A stretch of DNA of 63,923 nucleotides, counting the filler, from Olpidium bornovanus S191 (taxonomy: Eukaryota; Fungi; Olpidiomycota): the NCBI GenBank assembly GCA_017911155.1. It is 30 parts of 30 records of this genome, joined end to end, with 100 filler letters (N's around TTAATTAATTAA, not from the genome) between each part and the next. Parts side by side here need not be neighbours in the genome. Positions count along the whole stretch, not along the records: positions 49,309 to 51,538 come from JAEFCI010000893.1; positions 51,639 to 53,602 come from JAEFCI010008882.1; positions 53,703 to 56,849 come from JAEFCI010008261.1; positions 56,950 to 58,905 come from JAEFCI010004611.1; positions 59,006 to 61,539 come from JAEFCI010007932.1; 25 more parts are not named here. The stretch is one strand, 5' to 3'. Below, one piece after another: positions 50,833-61,100 of the stretch. The notes under the pieces are model-generated. The model was not told the origin of the DNA and searched no databases. It saw only the letters and a program-made list of their open reading frames with translations. Made by a program: the position numbers and the translations under genes. The first letter of the stretch is position 1. The number at the start of each line of letters is the position of its first letter.

Positions 50833-51954
50833 ACGAGGGGCGACACCGAAAGTAAACGAGGAAGAAAACTACCGTCGTTTTCGGCAGAATTGATTGTGGG
50901 GACTGGGCGTGTTGGTTTGGGCCACGAGGCGGTTACGTGTGATACCTTATATTTAGGTTAATCGTTAATTATTATTAGTGCCAAAATTTATAAGTGGAAA
51001 AGTAGTAGAGGATTATGACCGTGCCAAAAAAAAAACGAAAAAAAAACTATCTCGCGGGCAAACACAGCCAGAAAAGGCGCGCGGCTGCCGTTCGGGGAGC
51101 TTGTATTAATCCAAATTCACGCGATATTGAAAATATTTTGACCACGGAAGGAGACGCTTTCCTGTGAGGACACGTGCCGACGGCGTTAGGGGGCCAGGCG
51201 GGGGACCTCAAAAAACCCGGCGGGCTTTCCGCCGGAGACCAACTTTTCGGAGGCTGTTATTTTGTTATCCACTTTAGTGTTTATGTTTGCTGTGATTTTG
51301 GCCGGACGGGGGGGGAAAAGGCCGGCAGGTGAAAGCAAGTCGCGAAAAGACCAAGTCTGGAGCTGGTCTGGGAGTCGAGGGTTATAAAGGAAATTTCCGG
51401 GCCGGGTCGAGATTTGAGTCGCGGCTCCCAGGCGGCCGAGAGGCTTCTTCGTTTCCGGAAGGGCAAAAATGGAGCTCGCGAGCTGGCGGCCGTTGAAGGT
51501 GGCACCGGCGGAACAGGGAAGGCCCGTGCAAGCGCATGNNNNNNNNNNNNNNNNNNNNNNNNNNNNNNNNNNNNNNNNNNNNTTAATTAATTAANNNNNN
51601 NNNNNNNNNNNNNNNNNNNNNNNNNNNNNNNNNNNNNNCGGTGCGGGGCAATTTCGGCCGCCTAACGAAGTTCTAACCGTTTTGCTCCGCAAACACGCGG
51701 CGTGTTTCCCACTGGCGCGCAGAATCTACTCGAAATCTCGGCAGTCAAAGAATGCATGTCTGGGGAAGTAGCCGACGTGGCCCTTCCTGCCTCTCAGGAC
51801 CGCAAATCGGACAATCAGGATGATGACAAGTTCATTTCGACGTTTGGCAGACGTATGCACGTGGAAGCAGTCGACGCCGCTCTTCCTGCCTCTCCAAAGC
51901 AGGAGCCGGGCCTGCCAGGCCTCCCAGTGGTGGCCGAAGAGACGATGAAGGTCG

Positions 51955-52087
51955 TGTTGCGCATCAAAAGTGGGCCAACCAAGGGTCAAACTCGGGACCT
52001 TCCCTATCCCCGAGGGACGCTCCAACCAACTGAGCTATCTGCCCAATTCACCAGGTGTCCGGCTCGCCCTCTGAAGCCATTCCAACC
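51955..52087 (-). repeat. 3' LTR of the TRIM (133 bp)
   Basis: Direct repeat of 52188-52319. The first base is G instead of T, next to the G-run PPT. Confidence 0.85.
51971..52044 (-). pseudogene. Decayed tRNA-like cloverleaf inside the 3' LTR
   Basis: GGGCAGA TA GCTC AGTTGGTTG GAGC G TCCCT CGGGGAT AGGGA AGGTC CCGAG TTTGACC CTTGG TTGGCCC A (74 nt). The B-box TTCGA has changed to TTTGA by a CpG transition; CTTTT follows. Confidence 0.7.
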
Positions 52088-52175
52088 CCCCCCCTCGAAC
52101 CAGGCACCTCAGGCACTGCTGTCAATAGAGCTCGGCCACCCGCGCAACCACAACCGGAGGGATGAAGTCACGATT

Positions 52176-52187
52176 GGGCTCATAACA
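52176..52187 (-). other. Primer-binding site of half-tRNA-iMet (copia/Ty5 hemivirus) type
   Basis: TGTTATGAGCCC immediately after the LTR end. The plus strand reads GGGCTCATAAC, the anticodon arm of initiator tRNA-Met. Confidence 0.8.
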
Positions 52188-52319
52188 TGTTGTGCATCAA
52201 AAGTGGGCCGACCGAGGGTCGAACTCGGGACCTTCCCTTTCCCGGAGGGATGCTCTACCAACTGAGCTATCTGCCATATTCACCAGGTGTCTGGCTCGCC
52301 CTGCGAAGCCATTCCAACA
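52188..52319 (-). repeat. 5' LTR of the TRIM (132 bp)
   Basis: TG...CA termini with TGTTG/CAACA inverted ends. Hand alignment to the other LTR gives 14 substitutions and 1 indel (~89% identity). Confidence 0.85.
52204..52276 (-). tRNA. tRNA-like cloverleaf inside the 5' LTR (nominal anticodon GGG, lacks U33), probably not a decoding tRNA
   Basis: TGGCAGA TA GCTC AGTTGGTA GAGC A TCCCT CCGGGAA AGGGA AGGTC CCGAG TTCGACC CTCGG TCGGCCC A (73 nt). D, anticodon and T stems are perfect, the acceptor stem pairs 5/7, A- and B-boxes are intact, and CTTTT follows. Confidence 0.7.
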
Positions 52320-53460
52320 GGTCGAAAGCAAAGTACCCGGCAATTACGGCCCAACGCGGTGTTTGACGAATGTATGCTTGTGAGATCAGTCAATGTGGCC
52401 CGTCCTGCCTCACAGGTGCAGAGCACTGATGTTTTGGTCTCCCTACAGTGGCCGAAGAGACTATAGCAAAAACTAAACGCTAACTGCCCGCCCACTTCAA
52501 GGATCTGCTCGGCGGCTGCGGAAGCATTTCCGCCCATGCCGGGAAGGACGTTGGCGGCAGCGTGAATCTTAACTCGCATGATTATTCCACTCTGATGAAC
52601 GGGGAATGGCTTAATGACGAAGTACGAAATCTTTCGTATTGTCCCTTCGGCGCGAACGCATAAGACGCAGCAAACAAACAGCCGCTCTGCCGCGTTTTCC
52701 AGCTAATCAACAAGGACTTGTCTCTTATTGCCAAAAGAGGCAAAATGCCGCGTTTCCCAAGGTGCATGTTTTCAATACATTTTTTTATAAATTGCTCGTG
52801 GACGGCGGATATGACAAACTAAAGTGCTGGACAAAAGTATGGTGCCCCTCTCAGCGAATTGTTTGCCGGCACGCCGCCATGCACTCGTTTCGCGAATATG
52901 TAACGTGAGACACGGGTTTTTTCTTCCAGAAAGTAAACATTTTTGATTTTAATTTCGTTTTCGTTTCCATTCACCTTGGACGCCACTGGGTCCTGGTTGG
53001 GTGTTTTTGAGAGCTCTTGGACTATTCACTACCACCGGTCCGGTTGCTCACGGCGTTTACGTTTTGTGCGCGCTACAGGCTGCTTGGACATGAAAAAAGA
53101 AGAATTTTGTATTACGATTCTTTTCATGCCCCCAATGACAACGCCCTAAAGGTATTCCTTCGGAAGGGCCCTGCGTTAGCGAGGCGGAGACAGAGCAGAC
53201 CGTTGCGGGGAGGGGGGGGTGGGCGGGCGAGCGCAGAATTTCCCAAACGGTCACGGCTTTCAAACCAGTTCTCCCCCAGCCTCAAACCCCGACCCCCTCC
53301 CCCTCCCTTCCACCCCTCGCCACGCCTTCTCCGAGATTTTTCTCGCAACGCCTTTAAGGGACAGGGGGGTTTTTTTTTGTTGCGAAGCGGAATCTCTTGC
53401 AGAAAAATTCATCGACCTACAGGGCCCGAAGAAACGTGAATTCGCTGTCACGATGAGTCT

Positions 53461-53602
53461 CTAAAACGCGACGCGGATCCTCATGTCCTCAATCTTCTTG
53501 CTAATCTCGACCGGCGTCCGCTCGAGCTCCTCGGCGATCATCCGCTTTTTCTCCGGCGCCAAAAAATTGAACTGCTCACAGAGGTCGCCGTCTATAACGC
53601 TC
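53461..53602 (-). CDS. RSE1: Splicing factor SF3B3/Rse1, last exon
   Basis: SVIDGDLCEQFNFLAPEKKRMIAEELERTPVEISKKIEDMRIRVAF*, the conserved SF3B3 C-terminus. Not in the ORF track because it has no start codon. Confidence 0.93.
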
Positions 53603-53702
53603 NNNNNNNNNNNNNNNNNNNNNNNNNNNNNNNNNNNNNNNNNNNNTTAATTAATTAANNNNNNNNNNNNNNNNNNNNNNNNNNNNNNNNNNNNNNNNNN
53701 NN

Positions 53703-56049
53703 CATGCAAACGCTCCAGTCCGACAGGGAAGGCAAATATATCACGAAGGAATGGACGGACACCTTGGCTCGTTGCGGGATCAGGCACTAGATTTCCGCAC
53801 GAGATTTTCCTCACCAAAATGGAATGGCCGAGCGCGTCAGCCGGACTTTGGGCGAACGGATCCGGGGTCTACTTCAGCATCACAGGGCGAAAAAGAACTT
53901 CTGGGGGAAGGCGGCCGCAACGGCAGCGTAGTTATATAACCGGACAAAACATTCCGCGATCGGGAAAACTCCTTACGAGGCCTGGCACCGCAGGCAGCCA
54001 CGCCTTTGGCATTTGCGGGTGTTTGGTTGTCTGGCGGTCCTCCGAATTCCGGGCAACAAGAAGAAGCTGGACCCACGTGGTCAGCGAGCAGTCTTCTGTG
54101 GGTTATTCGGGGGAGAGGGAGCGCTGGCGGTTCTGGTTCGGCAACGAAAAAGATCGTGTGGAGTCTGGATTCCGAAATTTTCGAGGACCGCAGAGCGGCT
54201 TCATCAATAATCCAGAACAGCAGAAGCAATTGATGAGGACCCGCTTGTCGATAATATTGACAGTGCGGAGAGTGCGGTCGGTGCCGATAAACATCGATCG
54301 AAACACCTCCGATCCCGAGGGAGCGAGGCGACTCCCGTCGACGATGACGACGACAATGAGGACTTCCATGAGGCGCAGGAAGAGGCGACGACAACAACGG
54401 CGACCCTGCGACGGTCGCAGCGAGAACGGCGTCCTCTTAGCGCATGGAGCACGACATTTCGAAAGTCTGAGGAATATCAACGTGCAGCCTGGCGCTCCCT
54501 CCTCCTGTGGGATGCTGAGGCCGTCCAAAACGACGATGCAGCTCAGATCAGCTTCGCCTTGTGCTTTGCGGGCAGCGAGGGAACAGAGCCACGCAACTAC
54601 GATGAGGCGCAGAAATCTCCTGTATGGAGGGAAGCGATCGATTGGGAGCTTGCGGCGCATGCGGCACATGGGACGTGGGACCCGAAGGCAGTTCCACTCC
54701 CTGCGGGCAGATTTGCGATCAGCTGCAAATGGATTTTCAAGGCGCAGCGCCATGCAGACGGCAGCTTCAAGAAGTACAAAGCCAGGCTGGTGGCTCGCGG
54801 TTTCACGCAGCTGACAGGCGTGGATTTCACTGAAACCTTTGCCCCGGTGATGCGACTGGCTACTCTTCGGGTCTGTCTGGCACTTACAGTCGAGAAAAGG
54901 CTCGTCATGTCGGGAGCCGATGTAGCAACCGCCTACCTGAACAGCGATCTCGAGGAGGAGCTCTACCTTGCGGCACCTCCAGGCACAACGGTGCCCGACA
55001 GGCACGCACTCAGATTGCGGGGTCCAATCTACGGGTTAACGCAAGCTGTACGTGCGTGGGTGGCGCGCTGGGAAAGGGCGCTCGCCAAACAGAAATTCCA
55101 ACGGCTCCGATCAGATCCCGGCGCCTTCGTCGACGAAGAGCGTTTGACATGGGTCCTGACGTGGGTCGACGATCTCGATGATGCTGATTACAGAAGTAAA
55201 AATTTCGCGCGCGGGCGCGATCGCTTGCAGGAGATCGAAAAAGCCTTTTCCGTCGAGTTCCGAATCAACGCAGGTCCGCTGAGCTCCCTTCTAGGTCTGC
55301 GTGTCAGAACGGACGACGATTCCGTCCCGACGTCGATTTCCATCAATCAGACCGCTTATTTGCTTGCGACAAATAATTCGGCGGTTCGAAACATTCGGTC
55401 TAGATGTTGACATCATTACTCGTGTCGCTTGCCGCCTCCAATCGCGGGGAGCGCGTCGACACGAAGAGATACAAGGAGCTCGTTGGTAGCCTCCTTTTTG
55501 TTGCGATGGGAACGCGACCGGACATTGCATTCATCGTGGGCTACATCAGGAGGCACCAGTCAGATCCTCGTCAGGCGGACTGGGACGCCAGCCTGCGGGT
55601 GCTTCAGTACCTTCGTATTACCATGGATTGGGCGCTTACCTTTAAGAAGTCTGGCTCCGTCAGTAGCCGCCACTTCCAGCACCGAAGTTGAGTATATTGC
55701 GTTCGCAGAGGGCTGCAAAGAAGCTCTCTGGCTCAGACAGCTCCTTGTCGAGTTGGGCGAGAAGGCGATCAGCATCGGAGTCACGGATGACAGTCGGGGC
55801 GCGCAGGCTCTTGCGCAGAACCCAGTGCACCACCAGCGCAGCAAACATATCGACGTCCGATGGCACTTCGTGCGCAATGTCATAGCTCAGAAACAAGTCA
55901 CCATCGTCGACGGTCGGAGCGCCGATATGGTCGCCGACGTGCTTACCAAGATTCTCGACAAGGGCCGCCACGAGAAGCACGCGCGCGGGATGGATTTTGA
56001 TTCGTCGCGTTGCGCGCGCTGCGGGGGAGCGTTAGCTGTAAATTGTTAA
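53703..56049 (+). mobile_element. Degenerate Ty1/copia pol (integrase end - RT - RNase H)
   Basis: MNGRAER..TL, FWG.AAATAAY.YNR, TPYEAW, LRVFGC, KKLDPRG; EPRNYDEA, CKWIFK, YKARLVARGFTQ..GVDFTETFAPV, DVATAYLN, IYGLTQA, WVDDL; YKELVGSLLF..TRPDIAF, TSSTEVEYIA, HQRSKHIDVRWHFVR, ADVLTK. Several frameshifts, and the DxDWA segment is deleted. Confidence 0.96.
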
Positions 56050-56806
56050 ACCCCGCTGTTCTGCACTGTTACCTCTGTACCCCATAGTCGTAACTTTAAA
56101 TCAAAAAAAACAAACAACAACCACATGTTTTCCGATGTCGCACGCTTCACCTTCCATGGACCATATCAACACACGCAATCCCTGGTCCTCTACCGCATCC
56201 ACCCCTGTGATCACTGCGGAAACCGGAACAATGTGTGTCAAAGACTCCGTCAGAGACTTCGACCTTGCTAGTGCCATTTACTCTCCCCGCCTGCGTCCAC
56301 ACCCTCCTTTCTGTCGGTGTGCTGAGGAGAGGTTATGGTTTTCAAGTCTTCTTTTTATTTAATGGTTGAGTTGCGAGTTCGGCGTTGTAAGTTTCTGGTG
56401 GGGAAGAATAAGTTAAGGCGAGTTGTGCTATATATGCTCCGCTGGTCGTCCGGAGTCTCTGGTCGACAGCGGCGTCGGGAGCGGGACAGACAAAAGAGAG
56501 GGGTTTGGCAGGTGCGCCCGCGGGGCGCGCGTCGCTCATGGTCGTGCGGTTGCGACGTGGTTACTTTGTGACGGGCGTGGAGGAAGCATTTTGACGGCGT
56601 AGCCGCGTGTGCGGGTGGGGTCGGGGAGCGGTTTTGGGGGGGTCACGGGTCACGTGACCGGGACGGCCTGTTCAGATATGCGTCCTCGTTTTTGCCCCCC
56701 CCCCCCCCTTTTTCTTTTTCTCTTTTTCTTTTGACCGCCCGGCACCTCCCTGCTGTAACCGTCAACCATAGCAAATACACGAGAGAACGTTGAGCTGAAC
56801 GTAACA
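56030..56806 (+). repeat. Candidate LTR of the copia element
   Basis: PPT GCGGGGGAG at 56021-56029, then CGTTAG (TGTTAG expected), ending at GTAACA 56806 and followed by PBS-like GATTAAGAGTC. No second copy in the window to confirm. Confidence 0.45.
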
Positions 56807-59699
56807 GATTAAGAGTCTCAGCCTCTCCGCTGAGGAAGCCATCCGCCGCNNNNNNNNNNNNNNNNNNNNNNNNNNNNNNNNNNNNNNNNNNNNTTAATTA
56901 ATTAANNNNNNNNNNNNNNNNNNNNNNNNNNNNNNNNNNNNNNNNNNNNCATGAGGAGGGGGCCGGCCGCGCGCAACGCGGCGGAAGCGCCGCCACCCGA
57001 CGTCCCGGATATCATCGAGGACGCCGCCGAGCAACTCGTCCATAGCGTGATCGTACGCCTCCGCCGCCTCGACGAACTGCCGCGCGTTTTTTTTTTTCTG
57101 CAGCGTGTCTCGGCTCGTCGCTCACCTGCCTGACCTGCTCTCTAGTCTGTGCTCCCCTTGGGGTTGGCTAGGTTCAATGATTCCAGTGTGGAATCATAAA
57201 AGGCTTACTTGGTTTTCGGGTTTTCGGTGCGGGCTTTCGGTCGGCAGGGAGGGCTAGCTCACGGCGAGGAGCCCACCACCCACACCCCCTCTCCCCGTCC
57301 CCACGCCGCACTCTCTGCCACCCACGTTGTGGTGCTATTAGCAGTAACTGCAATCTAAAATCTTACACCAATTATAAAGGATTAGGTGGATTTAAACCAT
57401 TAGTATTTAATTACTATCCAATCCGGCAATACTAGCCTATTAATAGGCCCGGATCTTACCACCAGCAGGAAAGACCAGAGCAAAAAATTTTGAAACTTAG
57501 CAGGCGTATAGTACCCGACAGGGGCTTTCTGCTGACACCCTCGCTTTTGCAGGCCGAACTGGTCGTTAACACGGGGGGTCGAGGCGGCATCTTCGACCAT
57601 CAACTTGTGATGACCGAGGACGCCGACGATGCGCTGCACGTCCTGCAGATACTTGTACGCCAGGGTAAACGGGTCTTCGTGCCCGTCTCCATAATCGCCG
57701 TCATGCGAGCTGTCGAGTGCCAGTTTCGCTCGACCTGGGTGGGGGAAGTGTTATGGGGGAGCTATGTGAGATTGGCCGGTCTTCCAAGAGGGCGCTAGAA
57801 TGACCGGTTCGACTGGGTGGGAATAAGTTGCTAATCATTGCCCACTTTCTTCAAGGGAGCACAGTCGGTGGGGTGGTGGATGCGCTCGTAGAGTTCCTCG
57901 GCAAAGTAATAGACTGGGACCTCTACCCGCGCCCGCCGGTCACCGTCGACGATATCTGCGTTGTGGAGTCGTTCGAAGTGAGGGAAGCCACCATGGATGG
58001 CGGCTTTTCAAATCAAATGCTTCCAGGTCGCCTTTGTTTCTCTGCGTCATCAACGGATGTTCGTATCGATGTTCGTGGGCTGGTTGTGGGAAAACAGCCA
58101 TCTCTACCACATCGAGAAGGGGTTCTTCGCAGCAGGCTATGGCGTCGACTTGGCCTTGTACAGCGCCAAGCGGGCTGTCAGGGTGTGCGGGGCCTGGAAG
58201 GCTGTCGCCCGTTCCGGTACGCAGGGATCCGTTATCTAGCGTCGTCTAGCGGTAGAACTACAGGAACCCCCTGCCCCCTTGCGCGTGGTCGTCCTACTAG
58301 CCAACATTGAAAGTGTGACATTTTTGCGACCGAGCACGTTAACGCGCTGGTGGTCGTCAAACGTTTCCCTTAAGTTTCTGTCGAATGACATCCTGGAGAA
58401 TCCGACGCTGGAAGCCCGGATCGCCTGGTGCTCGGCCTCCCTGGTCTCGGGCAAGGCAGAAAACATTCCCCCGACGTATCCCCCGCTGGTGGGCGACAAA
58501 GGTGGTATGGACGGACGATGATCAGTGAGTGTTGGTTCTAGCTAATGCCTATTTGTATTTCTAGGCATTCTCTCCGCCACCATCGCACTTTTCCGCGAGG
58601 AGAGCCTCGCGAGGCAGGTGCAGCCCTCGCACGTAGATAGGCAAATCGAGCTGGTAATAATGCTTTATACCGTTCTACGCGTACACGCCCGGGTCACCGT
58701 GCCTAACCTAGTTTACGCGACAGACGTCACCTTGGTGGAGGGTCGAGTTTCCGGCGGCACGGTACGCCGTACGAGGAGTCGATGTCTCCAGCGAAGTCCG
58801 TCGTGTGGAGCACGCGCCAGAGCGGGCCCCGTTTATCGTCGACTTTAAGATTGGCGAGCGCGGGGAACGCGAAATTGTATATTACAAGAAAATAGCTGGA
58901 ACATGNNNNNNNNNNNNNNNNNNNNNNNNNNNNNNNNNNNNNNNNNNNNTTAATTAATTAANNNNNNNNNNNNNNNNNNNNNNNNNNNNNNNNNNNNNNN
59001 NNNNNCCATCTTCCTACAGAGAACAAGTCTGGCCACGACCTCACGTAATTGGGGGTCAAATTCTGTAACCTACGAGAAGTCCAGAACGAACAAGTTTAGT
59101 CAGTCAATTTGCCCTTGCCAGAGCCAAACCAAAAACGGTTGTCAAGCCCTTCCCTTTAGGATACCGGTCGAGGGCATACTGGTTCCTCTGACAGTTTTCC
59201 GGATGGCTGCTAAAGCAGGGCTACGGCCTTCGCATGTTTGGCGGTGGCGCACTGCCTTGAGGTGACAGCCACCTCAACCTCATTTGCGATTACTTAGGTT
59301 TCCGCGTCCACGGCCCATAGGAGGTGATTCCCATCCCCGGCAAGCAGACTCGAAGTCCAGAGCTGTTAGAATTCAGCGAAGAATCTCAATAAGTATGCAG
59401 TAACGAATTATGACCTGCAGGGAAGCCAGTCAGGGCCGTCGAAGAAAACATGGTTTCATCTTGTTTTTTTTTTGTTTGTGTGTGCCGCTCAAGCGCAGCA
59501 ATAAACTCAACGGTCTCGGGGCTTGTCGGATGGCGGCGTAAGAAGGGCGGCGCCAAGGTCGGAAAGAAAGCGCGGGGCGGCCCCCCTCCGGGCGGCGCAA
59601 ACGCGTCCCTACAGACAAAAGGACGGTGAAAACGTCCGTCAGGAAACACATCAGCGTCGACGTTGTCCGGGAAACAACGGCGCCTGACCCTTACGGACG

Positions 59700-61100
59700 C
59701 ATAAAGAAGTAATGTTTCATAATCATTGCAAGTGCGGTGACAATCACTTCTCTCTTCATGGCAACGATTAGCAGCGGTGGGTGGTCCACGTGCGGGCGTT
59801 TGCTGTGTTTCCTTCCCGCGTATTCCTCACTGCGAGCACGCCGGCCGCTATGTACAGCATGTTGTCGCAACCGTAAAAGGTCTTTGGCGGGCCTGTTCTA
59901 CGATAGCCTCCTGTTTGCCGTTAACGACAATAAAATGAAGAAAGGTGGCGATATAGTGAAATTGATGAACATCACATGCACGGTGATGTTCAGTCAGGGT
60001 ATTTCCCGGCGGCGGACGTGAGGAATAATCGCATCGTAGAAATGACGTGGGATTTTATACGCGCTCCGCCTTGCAACAAAAAAGGAAGGGGGTTGCTCGA
60101 GTACTCACGACGCCCCGGTCTTGCAGAAACAAGAAAAGTCATGCGCACCAAGCTCCTCCACAAACCCGATGAGGTAAATTACCATCCACCCTCCCCCCCT
60201 TCCCACGTTCCGCGGGCAACGCGAAAACCGGGGCAGAAATTTCCGCATTGCAATGCACGTGATAAATACTGTTATACCACTTATAATTAAACTAATAATG
60301 GAGATATCAGTATCCAATACCAAATGCATTATTATTAATGCAAAAATATACTATCCAGTAACCTGTAATGGTCATTATAAGTGCGATACCAATTTATACA
60401 AATTATAATATTAGCAAATACTACGTTTGCCGATTGATTGTTAGGTGCGTCCGGGACCAGATCCTTCAAACAAAGTGCTTTCGAATCTACTGAAAAGAAG
60501 AAAAGACGAGGCGCACACACAGGAAGGGCGGCGGGCTTGGGCGAGCGGACGTGAGTTTCCAGAAAAATGGTAAAAATGGGGGGCACGAACAAAACAGACG
60601 GGGCCGGCTTGAGGGAGCGGATGCCCCAAAATGGGGGGGGAGGAAGGAGGGGGGTGGGGGTAAACCTCCGATCTGCGCTTCGAGCGGACCATCGGCTGCC
60701 TACGTATCCGGTTGCCCAGGATCATACGTTTCGTGTAAAAAATAAATAAATAATAAATAATAATACAAATAGTGAAAAATAATGGATAACAAGTACAATG
60801 AATATTCGTCCTGCCGCCCCCGGATCTGTGCGATTCCCGTACCCGAAAGTATACGGAAAACTGCTTGCGGACGACAACGTATTGAAGTAAACTCACCAGT
60901 CCGACATCGTCGGATCTTCGGCGGCGTTGTACGCGGCGGCGGCGGTCGGGGGATCCTCAATGTAGGTTGACCATCGCACGGCGTCGTACGCGTAGTTTGA
61001 CGGCGTGCCGGCGTCCGCCGCGGCGGAGATGCTGTTGGCCGAGGATAATGCCGGCTGGGGCGCCGTGGTGCCTGTGGCGCCGGCCAGGGGGTTGAGCGAG
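59700..61100 (-). CDS. Putative multi-pass membrane protein, boundaries unresolved
   Basis: A GC-rich exon ending ..EDPTMSDW at a GTGAG donor (~60897) is followed by AT-rich hydrophobic frames CYPLFFTICIIIYYLFIFY, NVVFANIIICINWY, ISIISLIISGITVFITCIA, VMFINFTISPPFFILLSL. Family not recognised. Confidence 0.3.

Larger units (their letters stand above)
51955..52319 (-). mobile_element. Complete 365-bp TRIM (terminal-repeat retrotransposon in miniature) with tRNA-containing LTRs
   Basis: Minus strand: 5' LTR 52319-52188 (TGTTGG...CAACA), PBS 52187-52176, ~80-bp non-coding core, PPT 52096-52088, 3' LTR 52087-51955. Perfect 5-bp TSD GGTCG at 51950-51954 and 52320-52324. Confidence 0.87.
51702..53464 (+). 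pseudogene. Ulp1/SENP (C48) SUMO-protease-like pseudogene, interrupted by a TRIM
   Basis: DYSTLMNGEWLNDE-LINKDLSLIAKR, then a frameshift (~52745) to PKVHVFNTFFYKLL..GYDKLKCWTK, then IHLGRHWVL, RRILYYDSF and DRGVFFCCEAE where DCGVF is expected. The N-terminal repeats are frameshifted and carry the element at 51955-52319. Confidence 0.72.

Noticed and set aside
51971-52276. Two ordinary tandem tRNA-Pro(GGG) genes or tRNA-derived SINEs
   Set aside because: Both lie inside TG...CA direct repeats with a PBS, a PPT and one shared TSD. They lack U33 and have no SINE body or tail.
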